From Bacillota bacterium (GTDB taxonomy: Bacteria > Bacillota > Clostridia > Tissierellales > Sedimentibacteraceae), in contig JAEWJT010000004.1 in assembly GCA_023386345.1 (NCBI GenBank), positions 318,485-382,484 on the forward strand: a DNA stretch of 64,000 nucleotides, read 5' to 3'. The notes below the pieces were generated by a model that searched no databases, was not told where the DNA came from, and saw only the letters and a list, made by a program, of their open reading frames with translations. Below are positions 1 through 9,242 of the stretch, piece after piece. Numbering within the stretch: the first letter of the stretch is position 1; each line of letters opens with the position of its first letter. The position numbers and the translations under genes were made by a program.

Positions 1-1
1 A

Positions 2-193
2 TACTCAAAAGAAAAGCCCATAAGACCACTTGAAGATATGGCAATAAGCTGTAGAAACAATTGTATCTGTCCTCCTGGAGCAGAGCGAAAATGTACTGAC
101 AGAAGAGATATCCCCGGAAGCATAGCTTTTGTACCATCTGTGGCAGGGCTTATACTAGCTGGTGAGGTTGTGAAGGATATTGCAGGGCTATAA
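2..193 (+). CDS. tcdA: 3' end of a ThiF/MoeB-superfamily gene, most like tRNA threonylcarbamoyladenosine dehydratase TcdA (YrvM/YgdL); the 5' part lies outside the window
   Basis: Frame 2 is open from the window edge to TAA 191-193. The tail CPPGAERKCTDRRDIPGSIAFVPSVAGLILAGEVVKDIAGL resembles the C-terminus of Firmicute TcdA proteins (from memory, no search). Confidence 0.5.
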   Translation, partial: YSKEKPIRPLEDMAISCRNNCICPPGAERKCTDRRDIPGSIAFVPSVAGLILAGEVVKDIAGL

Positions 194-218
194 ATAACAA
201 TTTATCTGCTAGCGTAGT

Positions 219-412
219 CCAGAAATATAACAAAAAAATACGTTCTCGGAATCGGAAACGTGAAACTCTAAAGCACATTTCAGCAAAAATCCTACGGTTT
301 GAAAACTCGCTACGCTCAAACAGTTCAAACTGCTTAACGGATTTTCACTGAAATGTGCTAAGAGTTTCATCGTTTCCTGCATATGTTCGCTTAATTTTTT
401 TGTTATATTTCT
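219..412 (+). ncRNA. ssrS: 6S RNA-like rod-shaped hairpin of about 190 nt with a central bubble; the strand cannot be resolved from sequence
   Basis: Closing stem 221-239/394-412. Unpaired 240-253 opposite 378-393. Long internal helix 254-283/348-377, then 286-292/339-345 and apical 297-303/324-330. No ORF. Length and architecture fit 6S RNA. Confidence 0.5.
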
Positions 413-496
413 TTCTTGGCATGTAAATCGCTATTTAGTGATTAGAAATAACTTATTAATTAATATAAATTTTAAAATTAAAGGAGAATTTTTAAA

Positions 497-835
497 TTGA
501 ATTGTATTTTTTGTAAAATAATAAGCAAAGAAATACCTTCTAATGTGGTATTTGAAAATGATAAAATACTTGCTTTTCACGATATAGCACCACAAGCACC
601 TGTGCATGTTATTATAATTCCCAAAATTCATGTTTCCTCAGCAAATGAAGTGAATGAGAATAACTCTAATTATATTAGTGAAATATTCAGAGTTATACCT
701 GAAATTGCTAAAAAACTTGGAATTGCCGAATCAGGATATAGAATTATCAATAATTGCGGAATAGATGGATGCCAGAGTGTAGGGCATATACATTTTCATT
801 TGCTTGGTGGAAAAAAGATGTCTGAAAGCTTCTAA
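497..835 (+). CDS. hinT: HIT-family nucleotide hydrolase (HinT-like)
   Basis: TTG start preceded by AAGGAG (481-486). Histidine triad GHIHFHLLGG near the C-terminus. 112 aa, typical size. Confidence 0.9.
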   Translation: MNCIFCKIISKEIPSNVVFENDKILAFHDIAPQAPVHVIIIPKIHVSSANEVNENNSNYISEIFRVIPEIAKKLGIAESGYRIINNCGIDGCQSVGHIHFHLLGGKKMSESF

Positions 836-961
836 CTTGTTAAAATGGGTTAATTTACAACATTAACAAGGTTTAAATTAAAGCTATAAAACATTAAAAA
901 ATTTGTATAATTTTGTAAAAATATGTTTAAAAATCCAAAGAAAAAATTGATTAAATTTATG

Positions 962-990
962 TTGCATTTGTTATTAGTATGGTATATAAT
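962..990 (+). promoter_or_regulatory. sigmaA-type promoter for rpsU-yqeY
   Basis: TTGCAT 962-967, 17-nt spacer, TATAAT 985-990, about 70 nt upstream of rpsU. Confidence 0.6.
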
Positions 991-1060
991 ATGATAGTGC
1001 TATTTTAAACTCGCTGTTGTTTAGGACATACAGTGGAAGAAACGAGGGGAGGGTAGCAAA

Positions 1061-1243
1061 ATGACAGAGGTTAAGGTAAGAGAGAACGAGTCGCTTGACA
1101 ATGCTCTTAGAAGATTTAAGAGACAATGTGCACTTACAGGAGTAATGTCTGAAGTAAGAAAAAGAGAACATTACGAAAAGCCAAGCGTAAAGCGTAAGAA
1201 AAAAGCTGAAGCGGCAAGAAGAAAGAAGAAAAAAATAAAATAA
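1061..1243 (+). CDS. rpsU: 30S ribosomal protein S21
   Basis: 60-aa basic protein [23 protein letters not shown]..., a classic S21 sequence. GGGGAGGG RBS upstream. Confidence 0.97.
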   Translation: MTEVKVRENESLDNALRRFKRQCALTGVMSEVRKREHYEKPSVKRKKKAEAARRKKKKIK

Positions 1244-1262
1244 GAGAATTTGAGGTGAAAAT

Positions 1263-1706
1263 ATGCCTTTGAAAGATATCTTGGCTGAAGATTTGAAAGA
1301 ATCGATGAAGTTTAAGAATAAAGTCAAAAAAGATGTTGTAACTATGGTTAGAGCTGCTATTAAGCAACGTGAAGTTGATGAAAGAATTGAGCTTGATGAT
1401 ACTGATATTATAAACATTATTGCTAAACAGATTAAACAGAAGAAAGACAGTATAGAGGATTTTCAAAAAGGCAAAAGACAAGATCTTGTTGATCTCGCAA
1501 ATGAAGAGATTAAAATTCTTTTAAGTTATTTACCGCCTCAACTATCTGAGGATGAGCTAGAGGAAATTGTAAAAGACGCTATAAATGAAACACAAGCTCA
1601 GACTAAAAAAGACCTTGGCAAGCTTATGGCAGTTCTTATGCCAAAAGTAAAAGGTAAGGCTGATGGCAAGCAAGTAAATCAAATCGTAGCAAAATACTTA
1701 CAGTAA
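1263..1706 (+). CDS. yqeY: GatB/YqeY domain protein
   Basis: 147 aa; the motif LSEDELEEIVKDAI...GKLMAVLMPKVKGKADGKQVNQIV is typical of YqeY. It follows rpsU as in many Firmicutes. Confidence 0.9.
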   Translation: MPLKDILAEDLKESMKFKNKVKKDVVTMVRAAIKQREVDERIELDDTDIINIIAKQIKQKKDSIEDFQKGKRQDLVDLANEEIKILLSYLPPQLSEDELEEIVKDAINETQAQTKKDLGKLMAVLMPKVKGKADGKQVNQIVAKYLQ

Positions 1707-1708
1707 CT

Positions 1709-1737
1709 AAAAACCCTGAATTCAGGGTTTTTTTAGT
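1709..1737 (+). terminator. Rho-independent terminator after yqeY
   Basis: AAAAACCCTGAATTCAGGGTTTTTTT: a perfect GC-cored hairpin followed by a T-run. Confidence 0.85.
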
Positions 1738-1920
1738 TTCATAGAAACTTATTTGACGTTAATTTAAATTAAAAAACGCAGATTTGATGTTTTTTAAAAT
1801 CATCTATTTTTATTTGATTAAATAAATATGGATGATTTTTTATTATCAAAAACATTTAAGGTACAATATCGTTCTAATAGTCTTATATTTTTCATATTTT
1901 TATATAAAGGATGTGGTAAT

Positions 1921-2193
1921 ATGGATATAAACAGAATACGCAGTAAATTAGCAGATGAGCTTGAAATGCCTGATAATGTTATGACTAATAATTTTGATAT
2001 AAGAATTCAAGGAAATAGACGTGTAATAATTGAAAATCATGTAGGTGTGCTTATATACGAGCATGATGTAATTCACATAAAAACAAAAATACATAATGTA
2101 ATAATTAAGGGAGATAAATTAAAAATAGGAGAAATAACAGATTTTTATATAATTGTAAACGGCGTAATCAATGAAGTGCAAATAAAAGAATAG
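1921..2193 (+). CDS. yqfC: sporulation protein YqfC (YabP/YqfC family)
   Basis: The internal ATG at 1921 has an AAAGGATG RBS. Sequence MDINRIRSKLADELEMP...IENHVGVLIYE fits YqfC. It is followed by yqfD-phoH-ybeY as in B. subtilis. The 5' extension in the ORF track (1828) is not conserved-looking. Confidence 0.8.
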   Translation: MDINRIRSKLADELEMPDNVMTNNFDIRIQGNRRVIIENHVGVLIYEHDVIHIKTKIHNVIIKGDKLKIGEITDFYIIVNGVINEVQIKE

Positions 2194-2202
2194 GGGGACA
2201 AT

Positions 2203-3387
2203 ATGCTTAGTCAAAGGATAGACAATTTTGTAAAAAGCTATGTAATTGTAAATTTAAAGACAAAAAATTATGAAAAAACTCTTAATTTACTCAGAAGAAA
2301 AAATGTTGTTATGTGGGATATTAATAAAGTTCAAGATGGAATAAGCTTTAAAATATATAAAAAAGACTTAGAAAAAAACAAACAATTTTTTAATGATGCA
2401 AATATAAATCCTGTAAAAAAAGTTGGACTAATGTTTAAATTAAATAAATTGTATATGAGGCTTGGATTTATCGCAGGTGCGGTATTAATTATTATATATA
2501 TATTTATATTTTGCTCCTATACTTGGAATATAAGACTAATAGGAAATGAACAAATTTTAGAAACTGATATAGTTAAGTTCTTGAGTGACAATCATATTAA
2601 GACCCCAATTAAAATTGATAAGATAAACAATAAACAAATTGAAGATTTGATTTATTCTAATTTTAAAAGTATTAAATTTGTAGAGGCTCATATTGATGGA
2701 ATTAACTTAGTTTTATATATAAGAGAAAAAAAAGAATCTGATTATATAATAAACGATACAAGTCCGAGCAGTATAATATCAAATAAACAGGCTGTAATAT
2801 ACAAAACAGTTGTAAAGCAAGGGCAATTATTAGTTAGAGAGGGTGATGTTGTAGGCAAAGGACAGCTTTTAGTTCAAGGTACAAAAAGAGATAAGGATAA
2901 TACAGAAAAATTAGTAAACTCTGATGCAACCATTCTTGGACACACATATTATAATCTAAGTTTTACAGAACCTAAAATTCATAATATAAAAAAAGAAACA
3001 GGAAAGACTAATAAAGTGTTTAAGTTAGTATTTAAAGATAAAAGTATAAAAATATTTGGAAATGAAAAAAAATATAAAAATTTTGATAGTGTAAGTAAAA
3101 TCATTCATATCCCAATAATTACAGATTTTTTTAAAATTTCATTTGAAAGTATAAAAAACTATGAAGTAGATATAATTGAGCAAGAAATCAGCAAGGAATA
3201 TGCTGAGAATAAATTATTTATAAATTTATATGAAAAGTTAGTGAAAGTTTGTAACAAAAATGTTAAAATAGATAAAAAGGATATTGTCTTAGAGGAAACA
3301 GAGAATGAATTCATACTAAGAGCAAAGATTGAAGCGACAGAGGATATAGGAGAAAAGATAAAAATATACTCTTTTAAGGAGGATTAG
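2203..3387 (+). CDS. yqfD: sporulation protein YqfD
   Basis: 394 aa with a single central TM segment (LGFIAGAVLIIIYIFIF). Position between yqfC and phoH. Confidence 0.8.
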   Translation: MLSQRIDNFVKSYVIVNLKTKNYEKTLNLLRRKNVVMWDINKVQDGISFKIYKKDLEKNKQFFNDANINPVKKVGLMFKLNKLYMRLGFIAGAVLIIIYIFIFCSYTWNIRLIGNEQILETDIVKFLSDNHIKTPIKIDKINNKQIEDLIYSNFKSIKFVEAHIDGINLVLYIREKKESDYIINDTSPSSIISNKQAVIYKTVVKQGQLLVREGDVVGKGQLLVQGTKRDKDNTEKLVNSDATILGHTYYNLSFTEPKIHNIKKETGKTNKVFKLVFKDKSIKIFGNEKKYKNFDSVSKIIHIPIITDFFKISFESIKNYEVDIIEQEISKEYAENKLFINLYEKLVKVCNKNVKIDKKDIVLEETENEFILRAKIEATEDIGEKIKIYSFKED

Positions 3388-4407
3388 GTGGAATACGAAC
3401 AAACATTGTTGATTGAGCAGCAAGAAATTTTAAGTAAATTACTGGGAGTGCATGACAGGAACTTAAAGCTTATTAAAACTAACTTTGATGTTAATGTTTT
3501 ATTAAGAGATAATGAAATAAAAATCATGGGAGAGCAAACGACTGTCGACGCAGTAAGTAATATTATTAATAATATTATAAATGAAATAAAAATTGAAAAT
3601 GATATAAGCGAGCAAAAGGTATCTTATTATATTGATATGGAAAAGAATAACACTAATTTGGACTATAGCTCACTTTTAAAGGATGTAATAGTTACAACCG
3701 CTTCAGGAAGAAACATAAAAGCGAAAACTGTAGGACAAAGAAGATATATAGATTTAATAAATGAAAAGGATATAACCTTTGGAGTAGGCCCTGCTGGTAC
3801 TGGTAAAACCTATCTCGCAGTAGCACAGGCAGTAAATGCTTTGAGAAAGAAAGAAGTAGAACGTATTATCTTAACAAGACCAGCTGTTGAAGCAGGAGAA
3901 AAACTGGGATTTTTACCCGGAGATTTGCAGGATAAGGTTGATCCATATCTTAGACCATTGTATGATGCCTTATTTGATATATTTGGAGTTGATAACTTCT
4001 TGAAAAATGTTGAAAAACAAATTATCGAAATAGCTCCATTAGCTTATATGAGAGGAAGAACTTTGGACTCTTCATTCATCATACTTGACGAGGCTCAAAA
4101 TACAACTAATGAACAGATGAAGATGTTTTTGACAAGGCTTGGACATGGCTCAAAGGCTGTTATCACAGGGGATATCACTCAGATTGATTTGCCAGATGGA
4201 AAAAAATCAGGACTACGTTCCGTTATAAACATACTTAAAGATGTGGAAGGAATAGGCTTTATGTTTTTTGAAAAACGTGATATAGTAAGACATAAATTAG
4301 TTCAAGATATCATTAAAGCATATGAAGATTACGAAGAAACAAAGAATTTGAGTGGGACACCTGAAGGATTTAGAAAATCTAAAAAAATAGAAGAAGCAGA
4401 AATATAA
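3388..4407 (+). CDS. phoH: PhoH-family ATPase (PhoH/YlaK-like, KH plus P-loop)
   Basis: GTG start abutting the yqfD stop. Walker A GPAGTGKTYLAVA, Walker B FIILDEAQN. Strong PhoH-like sequence throughout. Confidence 0.95.
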   Translation: MEYEQTLLIEQQEILSKLLGVHDRNLKLIKTNFDVNVLLRDNEIKIMGEQTTVDAVSNIINNIINEIKIENDISEQKVSYYIDMEKNNTNLDYSSLLKDVIVTTASGRNIKAKTVGQRRYIDLINEKDITFGVGPAGTGKTYLAVAQAVNALRKKEVERIILTRPAVEAGEKLGFLPGDLQDKVDPYLRPLYDALFDIFGVDNFLKNVEKQIIEIAPLAYMRGRTLDSSFIILDEAQNTTNEQMKMFLTRLGHGSKAVITGDITQIDLPDGKKSGLRSVINILKDVEGIGFMFFEKRDIVRHKLVQDIIKAYEDYEETKNLSGTPEGFRKSKKIEEAEI

Positions 4408-4436
4408 TTTTAAAATTCAATTAAATGGAGAAATTT

Positions 4437-4904
4437 ATGGAAGTAGACATACTATACGACGATAGACAGGATAAAATACAGATAAGTGATGAAAACATTG
4501 AAGCTATTAGGAAAACTGTTATAGCTTGCTTAGAAACAGAGGAATTAGATGGAAATTTTGAAGTAAGCGTATCCTTTGTGACTAACGAAGAAATTAGGGA
4601 ATTAAATAGACAATATAGAAACGTTGACAGTGAAACTGATGTTTTATCATTTTCTCTAGATGATGAAGATGGTGAAATTTCAATGGACGGAGAAGTCGTG
4701 TTGCTTGGGGATATTGTCTTGTCAACAGAAAAAATTATCGAACAAGCTAAGGATTATGGACACAGCTTAGAAAGAGAGATGTTATATTTAGTAGCACATA
4801 GTACTCTTCATCTATTAGGCTATGACCATATGGATGATGATGAAAAATCAGAAATGAGACAAAGAGAAAAGGAAATAATGAAGAAACTTTCAATTTTTAA
4901 ATAG
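4437..4904 (+). CDS. ybeY: rRNA maturation endoribonuclease YbeY
   Basis: Zinc motif HSTLHLLGYDH. ATG 4437 has a GGAGA RBS; the alternative ATG 4425 has none. Confidence 0.92.
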   Translation: MEVDILYDDRQDKIQISDENIEAIRKTVIACLETEELDGNFEVSVSFVTNEEIRELNRQYRNVDSETDVLSFSLDDEDGEISMDGEVVLLGDIVLSTEKIIEQAKDYGHSLEREMLYLVAHSTLHLLGYDHMDDDEKSEMRQREKEIMKKLSIFK

Positions 4905-5012
4905 TTTTATTATAATTTAGTTTCTTATTTACAATAACATAATTCATTTGTCTTTAATAAATAGGAAATTTATATTCTAAATTATAAAAACAATTATATA
5001 TGGGGGATTAAT

Positions 5013-6098
5013 ATGAACAAAAAGATTATCAGATTAATCATAATATCTGTTATGCTTATAGTGTCATTTATGACACTTACATCTTGCAGCAATAAGAATG
5101 ACAAGGTTGAAGATATAATTAAGATTGATGATAAAGTAACAGTAGTAGATGACAAAGAACCAGACAAAGAAGATGATTCTACAGTTGTAGAAAATGATGA
5201 TTTAAATAAAGCTAAATCAAAGCTTGATGGTTTAAAATATAATGAAGAATTGTTAAACAACAGACCTATAGTTGTTGTCATAGATAATCACCCAAAAGCA
5301 AGGTGGCAAGCAGGTATCAGCGAGGCTGAAATAGTCTATGAGGTAGAGGCAGAAGCACCATTTACGAGATACTTGGCCGTTTTTCAGACAAAAGAACCTG
5401 AACGCATCGGGCCTGTTAGAAGCGCCCGTCCTTATATGATTTATTTAGCGTTAAACCATAATAGCATATTTGCTCATGTTGGAGGAAGTGACGATGCCTT
5501 TATCAAATTAAAAGCTCTGTCAATCGCAGACATTGATGGCTTATATACTTCAAATATGTGGAGATATAACAAAACTAATAAATATGCTCCTCATAATCTT
5601 TATACAGATATAAAAAATCTTAGAGAATTTGCTGATGCTAAAGGATATAAGAAGGATGTAGAGTATAATGGATTTAACTTTAATGATGAGGATATAGATT
5701 TAAAATCAGAAAATCTTGCTGAGAATATAAAAATTACATATAATAAAAGTAATACTACCGAATATAAATACGATAAGGAAACAAAGCTTTATACAAGGTA
5801 TAAGGATGGAGAAAAGCACTTAGATGAAAATAATGATGTTGCAATTACTGCCAAAAACATCATTATATATACAGCTGATAAAAAAGTTTTAGACAATGAG
5901 GGCAGGCTACAGATAGGAGTAGTAGGAAAAGGTACTGGAAAATATATAACAAATGGAAAATCAGTTGATATTACTTGGACTAAGGAAACTGAAAAATCTT
6001 CAACTGTTTTTAAAGTTGGAGATGAGGAATTAAGATTAAATCCAGGAAATACATGGATTCAAATAATAAACAAAAATACAGAGGTGACTGGAGAATAG
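5013..6098 (+). CDS. DUF3048 (YerB-like) lipoprotein
   Basis: Signal peptide with lipobox LTSC. The core VIDNHPKARWQAGISEAEIVYEVEAEAPFTRYLAVFQ...PVRSARPY matches the DUF3048 signature as I remember it. Confidence 0.75.
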   Translation: MNKKIIRLIIISVMLIVSFMTLTSCSNKNDKVEDIIKIDDKVTVVDDKEPDKEDDSTVVENDDLNKAKSKLDGLKYNEELLNNRPIVVVIDNHPKARWQAGISEAEIVYEVEAEAPFTRYLAVFQTKEPERIGPVRSARPYMIYLALNHNSIFAHVGGSDDAFIKLKALSIADIDGLYTSNMWRYNKTNKYAPHNLYTDIKNLREFADAKGYKKDVEYNGFNFNDEDIDLKSENLAENIKITYNKSNTTEYKYDKETKLYTRYKDGEKHLDENNDVAITAKNIIIYTADKKVLDNEGRLQIGVVGKGTGKYITNGKSVDITWTKETEKSSTVFKVGDEELRLNPGNTWIQIINKNTEVTGE

Positions 6099-6186
6099 TA
6101 ATCTGCCAGTGAGATAATAATTTGTCTTAGTGTGTATATAGAATAAATTCTCTGGCAAATTAAAATTTTAGAAAGGAAAAACGATT

Positions 6187-6576
6187 ATGAACAATAAAGA
6201 ATTAATTAAATATGCTTTAGAAGCAAGAGAGAAGTCATACAGTCCATATTCACAATTTAAAGTAGGAGCAGCTATTTTAACAAAATCTGGAGAAGTTATC
6301 ACAGGCTGTAATATTGAATCTGCATCATATACACCAACAATCTGTGCAGAGCGAACTGCACTTGCAAAATGCGTATCTGAAGGTCATACTGACATAGAAA
6401 AAATTGCAGTTGTCGGAAGCTTAGAAAGAATATCATATCCTTGTGGAGTATGTAGACAATTTTTGAGAGAATTCGGAAAAGATATGTTGATAATATGCGC
6501 AACAAGTGAAGATAATTATACAGAGTACAAACTTAGCGAATTATTGCCAAATAGCTTTGGACCTGAGGATTTATAA
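6187..6576 (+). CDS. cdd: cytidine deaminase
   Basis: 129 aa. Zinc ligand motifs CAERTA and PCGVCRQ. Confidence 0.95.
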   Translation: MNNKELIKYALEAREKSYSPYSQFKVGAAILTKSGEVITGCNIESASYTPTICAERTALAKCVSEGHTDIEKIAVVGSLERISYPCGVCRQFLREFGKDMLIICATSEDNYTEYKLSELLPNSFGPEDL

Positions 6577-6711
6577 ACAGGTATATAATACAGAAAATAA
6601 AAATTTTAATGAAATTACAAAAAATCCAAATAAATTTATATATTAAATTTATAATTATATATAAATTGGTATGGTTATGAAAAAATAAAAAAATAAAAGG
6701 AAAGGTTAAAA

Positions 6712-6748
6712 AGTGAAAAGAATTTCACTTGTGTGAAGTGTATTTCAC
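6712..6748 (+). repeat. two adjacent short stem-loops (GTGAA...TTCAC stems) immediately upstream of era
   Basis: AGTGAAA-agaa-TTTCACT (6712-6729) and GTGAAG-tgta-TTTCAC (6733-6748). The second has a G.U pair, consistent with + strand RNA. Confidence 0.6.
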
Positions 6749-6761
6749 TCAATAAAAAATA

Positions 6762-7658
6762 ATGTTTAAATCAGGATTTGTTACAATAGTAGGCAGACCA
6801 AATGTTGGAAAGTCTACACTTATGAATAATATGATAGGAGAGAAAATATCTATCATATCAGATAAACCACAGACAACAAGAAATAAAATTCAGACTGTTT
6901 ACACTGATGAACAGGCTCAGATAGTGTTTTTAGATACACCAGGTATTCATAAACCTAAGAACAACCTTGGTCAATTTATGAATAATGAAGTAAATGATGC
7001 CTTAGATGCAGTAGATGTAATTATAATGATAACAGATGAATGTAGCAAAATTGGCCCAGGAGATGAATTTATTCTTGAAAAGATAAAGGGAGCAAAGGCT
7101 AAAAAAATACTCGCTATCAATAAAATTGACAAGCATCCAAAAGAAAATATGTTAGAGATGAGTAGACAGTTTGAAGAATATAATATATTTGATGAAATAC
7201 TTCTTATCTCTGCCATGACTGATGTTGGAGTTAAGGGCTTAGTAGAAAAAATCAAAGAATATTTAAATGAAGGCCCTATGTATTACCCAGAGGATTATCT
7301 TACAGATAGACCTGAAAAATTCATAGTTGCAGAGATTATAAGAGAAAAAGCGTTGATGTATCTGCAAGATGAAGTACCTCATGGTATAGCTGTTGAAGTT
7401 GAAAAGATGAAGGTAAGGAAAGATAAAAACTTAACTGATATAAGAGCTGTCATATTATGCGAGAAGAAATCTCATAAGAGCATAATTATAGGTGAAAATG
7501 GAAGAAAAATCAAAGGGATAGGTATGAGTGCCAGAAAGGATATAGAAAATCTTTTAGCGACTCAAGTTTTCTTGGAGTTATGGGTAAAAGTATCACCAGA
7601 TTGGCGAGATAACAGCAATATGCTTAAAGAGCTTGGATACGATAGAAAGAAGATGTAA
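6762..7658 (+). CDS. era: GTPase Era
   Basis: G1 GRPNVGKST, G3 DTPG, G4 NKID, C-terminal KH domain. 298 aa. Confidence 0.97.
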   Translation: MFKSGFVTIVGRPNVGKSTLMNNMIGEKISIISDKPQTTRNKIQTVYTDEQAQIVFLDTPGIHKPKNNLGQFMNNEVNDALDAVDVIIMITDECSKIGPGDEFILEKIKGAKAKKILAINKIDKHPKENMLEMSRQFEEYNIFDEILLISAMTDVGVKGLVEKIKEYLNEGPMYYPEDYLTDRPEKFIVAEIIREKALMYLQDEVPHGIAVEVEKMKVRKDKNLTDIRAVILCEKKSHKSIIIGENGRKIKGIGMSARKDIENLLATQVFLELWVKVSPDWRDNSNMLKELGYDRKKM

Positions 7659-7730
7659 CAATATAGAATAGCAGTGTTTGCTCCATGCACAAAATTAATG
7701 GAGCTTTATGTCTATGTGCATGGAGGCAAA

Positions 7731-8540
7731 ATGATTATAGAAGATGAAGTTCTGATATTAAAAGAAGTAAAATATAAGGATAATGATAAAATACTTCACG
7801 CACTATCTAAAAATAATGGCAAAATTCAAATTTTGTCAAGAGGTTGTAGAAAGAGTAAAAGCCCTTTAATAAATATATCTCAAATCATGGCATACTCAAA
7901 ATGCCAGCTCTATGTTAGCAAGGATATGTACATATTAAATGGTGGTGAATTGATTGATAATTTTTATAATATTAGAAGTAAAATTACAGCATTTTTGCAT
8001 GGAAGCTATATTTTAGAGCTGCTAAGCTATATTTCTCAGGAAAATGATATTGATGGTAAAGCTTTTGAAATGACTGTTAGACTTTTTCAAATACTAAATG
8101 ATATTGAAGAAGATGAAAATAAAATTGAAAATATAATATCTATATATGAACTTAAGCTGATTTCAATGCTTGGATATAGACCACAGCTAAAAGAATGTGT
8201 TATATGCGAAGAAAAAATAAATAAAGATTTATCATATGTTTTAAATATAAAAGATGGTGGCATACAGTGTGTACATTGTATAGAACAAATGCGAGCTACA
8301 CAATATGTGCATAGTAATAATAATTCTGTAAATATTAATATAAACAATAATATTGGTAAAAATGATATCTCTTATAAAAATATTGTATTATTAAATAATA
8401 TACTTGTTTCAAAGCTTGATGACAGTGACATAATAAGTGAAATAAGCGACAAAATAAGAGTTTTGATAAAAAACTATTTGTTTTATCATATAGGAAAATC
8501 AGATTTTACAACATTAAATTTATTAAAAAAAGGTGTATAA
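7731..8540 (+). CDS. recO: DNA repair protein RecO
   Basis: ATG 7731 follows GGAGG. N-terminal OB-fold sequence and zinc finger CVICEEK...CVHC. It follows era as in B. subtilis. Confidence 0.9.
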   Translation: MIIEDEVLILKEVKYKDNDKILHALSKNNGKIQILSRGCRKSKSPLINISQIMAYSKCQLYVSKDMYILNGGELIDNFYNIRSKITAFLHGSYILELLSYISQENDIDGKAFEMTVRLFQILNDIEEDENKIENIISIYELKLISMLGYRPQLKECVICEEKINKDLSYVLNIKDGGIQCVHCIEQMRATQYVHSNNNSVNININNNIGKNDISYKNIVLLNNILVSKLDDSDIISEISDKIRVLIKNYLFYHIGKSDFTTLNLLKKGV

Positions 8541-8601
8541 ATTATAAACAAAAAATTATATAATTTTGTTTTAAGTTTAGTAAAAAATTGGAGGATATAT
8601 T

Positions 8602-9057
8602 ATGGATGAATTATTAAGAAAGATTGACGAAGTAGTAAAACGCGCAAATTGCAGTTATGAAGAAGCTAAGGATGCACTTGAAAAGCATGATGGAGATGTT
8701 GTGGGGGCTATAATCTTTATTGAAAAAAGTAAAAATCCTAGTGCATACATGAAGAAAAAAGGCGAAGATATTGTAAATGAAATAAAAAAGGTTGTTGAAA
8801 AAGGAAATGTCACAAAGCTAACTATTAAAAGAAAAGGTGAAATTATCCTAAATCTGCCTATAACTGCAGGGGCAGTAGGATTAATAGCAGCACCTTTCTT
8901 ATCACTAGCAGGAATAACCGCTGCACTCTTAACTGAATGTACAATAGAAATTTTAAAGGATAACGGAGAAGTAATTTGCATAAACGAAGAGCTAAATAAA
9001 GGCGTCAGTAAAGTTAAAGAAGAATTTGAAGATATAAAAAAATCATTTGAAAATTAA
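8602..9057 (+). CDS. DUF4342-type protein with an N-terminal UBA/EF-Ts-like domain
   Basis: The N-terminus ...SYEEAKDALEKHDGDVVGAIIFIE resembles the EF-Ts N-terminal UBA fold. C-terminal hydrophobic segment present. Family assignment is from memory. Confidence 0.55.
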   Translation: MDELLRKIDEVVKRANCSYEEAKDALEKHDGDVVGAIIFIEKSKNPSAYMKKKGEDIVNEIKKVVEKGNVTKLTIKRKGEIILNLPITAGAVGLIAAPFLSLAGITAALLTECTIEILKDNGEVICINEELNKGVSKVKEEFEDIKKSFEN

Positions 9058-9066
9058 AGCAAAGTT

Positions 9067-9114
9067 AATAATAGTGCATAAAATGAAAATTATAATTTAT
9101 GCACTATTATTTTA
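9067..9114 (+). terminator. Rho-independent terminator
   Basis: Perfect 16-bp stem AATAATAGTGCATAAA / TTTATGCACTATTATT (9067-9082, 9097-9112) followed by Ts. Confidence 0.7.
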
Positions 9115-9207
9115 GTATTAATGAAAAAAATTAATAAATAAATTTGCTAAAAATTTTAATATATACTTTAAATAGGTAAAAAATTCATAGAAAATAGTAT
9201 TACTATC

Positions 9208-9236
9208 TTGACATATATGAGTTTATTTGATAAATT
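9208..9236 (+). promoter_or_regulatory. sigmaA-type promoter for glyQS
   Basis: TTGACA 9208-9213, 17-nt spacer ending in TGn, TAAATT 9231-9236. Confidence 0.6.
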
Positions 9237-9242
9237 AAAGTA

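Noticed and set aside
974-1481. Two long reverse-strand ORFs (974-1417 and 1134-1481) opposite rpsU/yqeY.
   Set aside because: They are Ser/Phe/Leu-rich low-complexity translations typical of the antisense of AT-rich, Lys/Glu-rich genes. They have no RBS, and the + strand genes (S21, YqeY) are unambiguous. The same reasoning applies to all other short - strand ORFs in the track.
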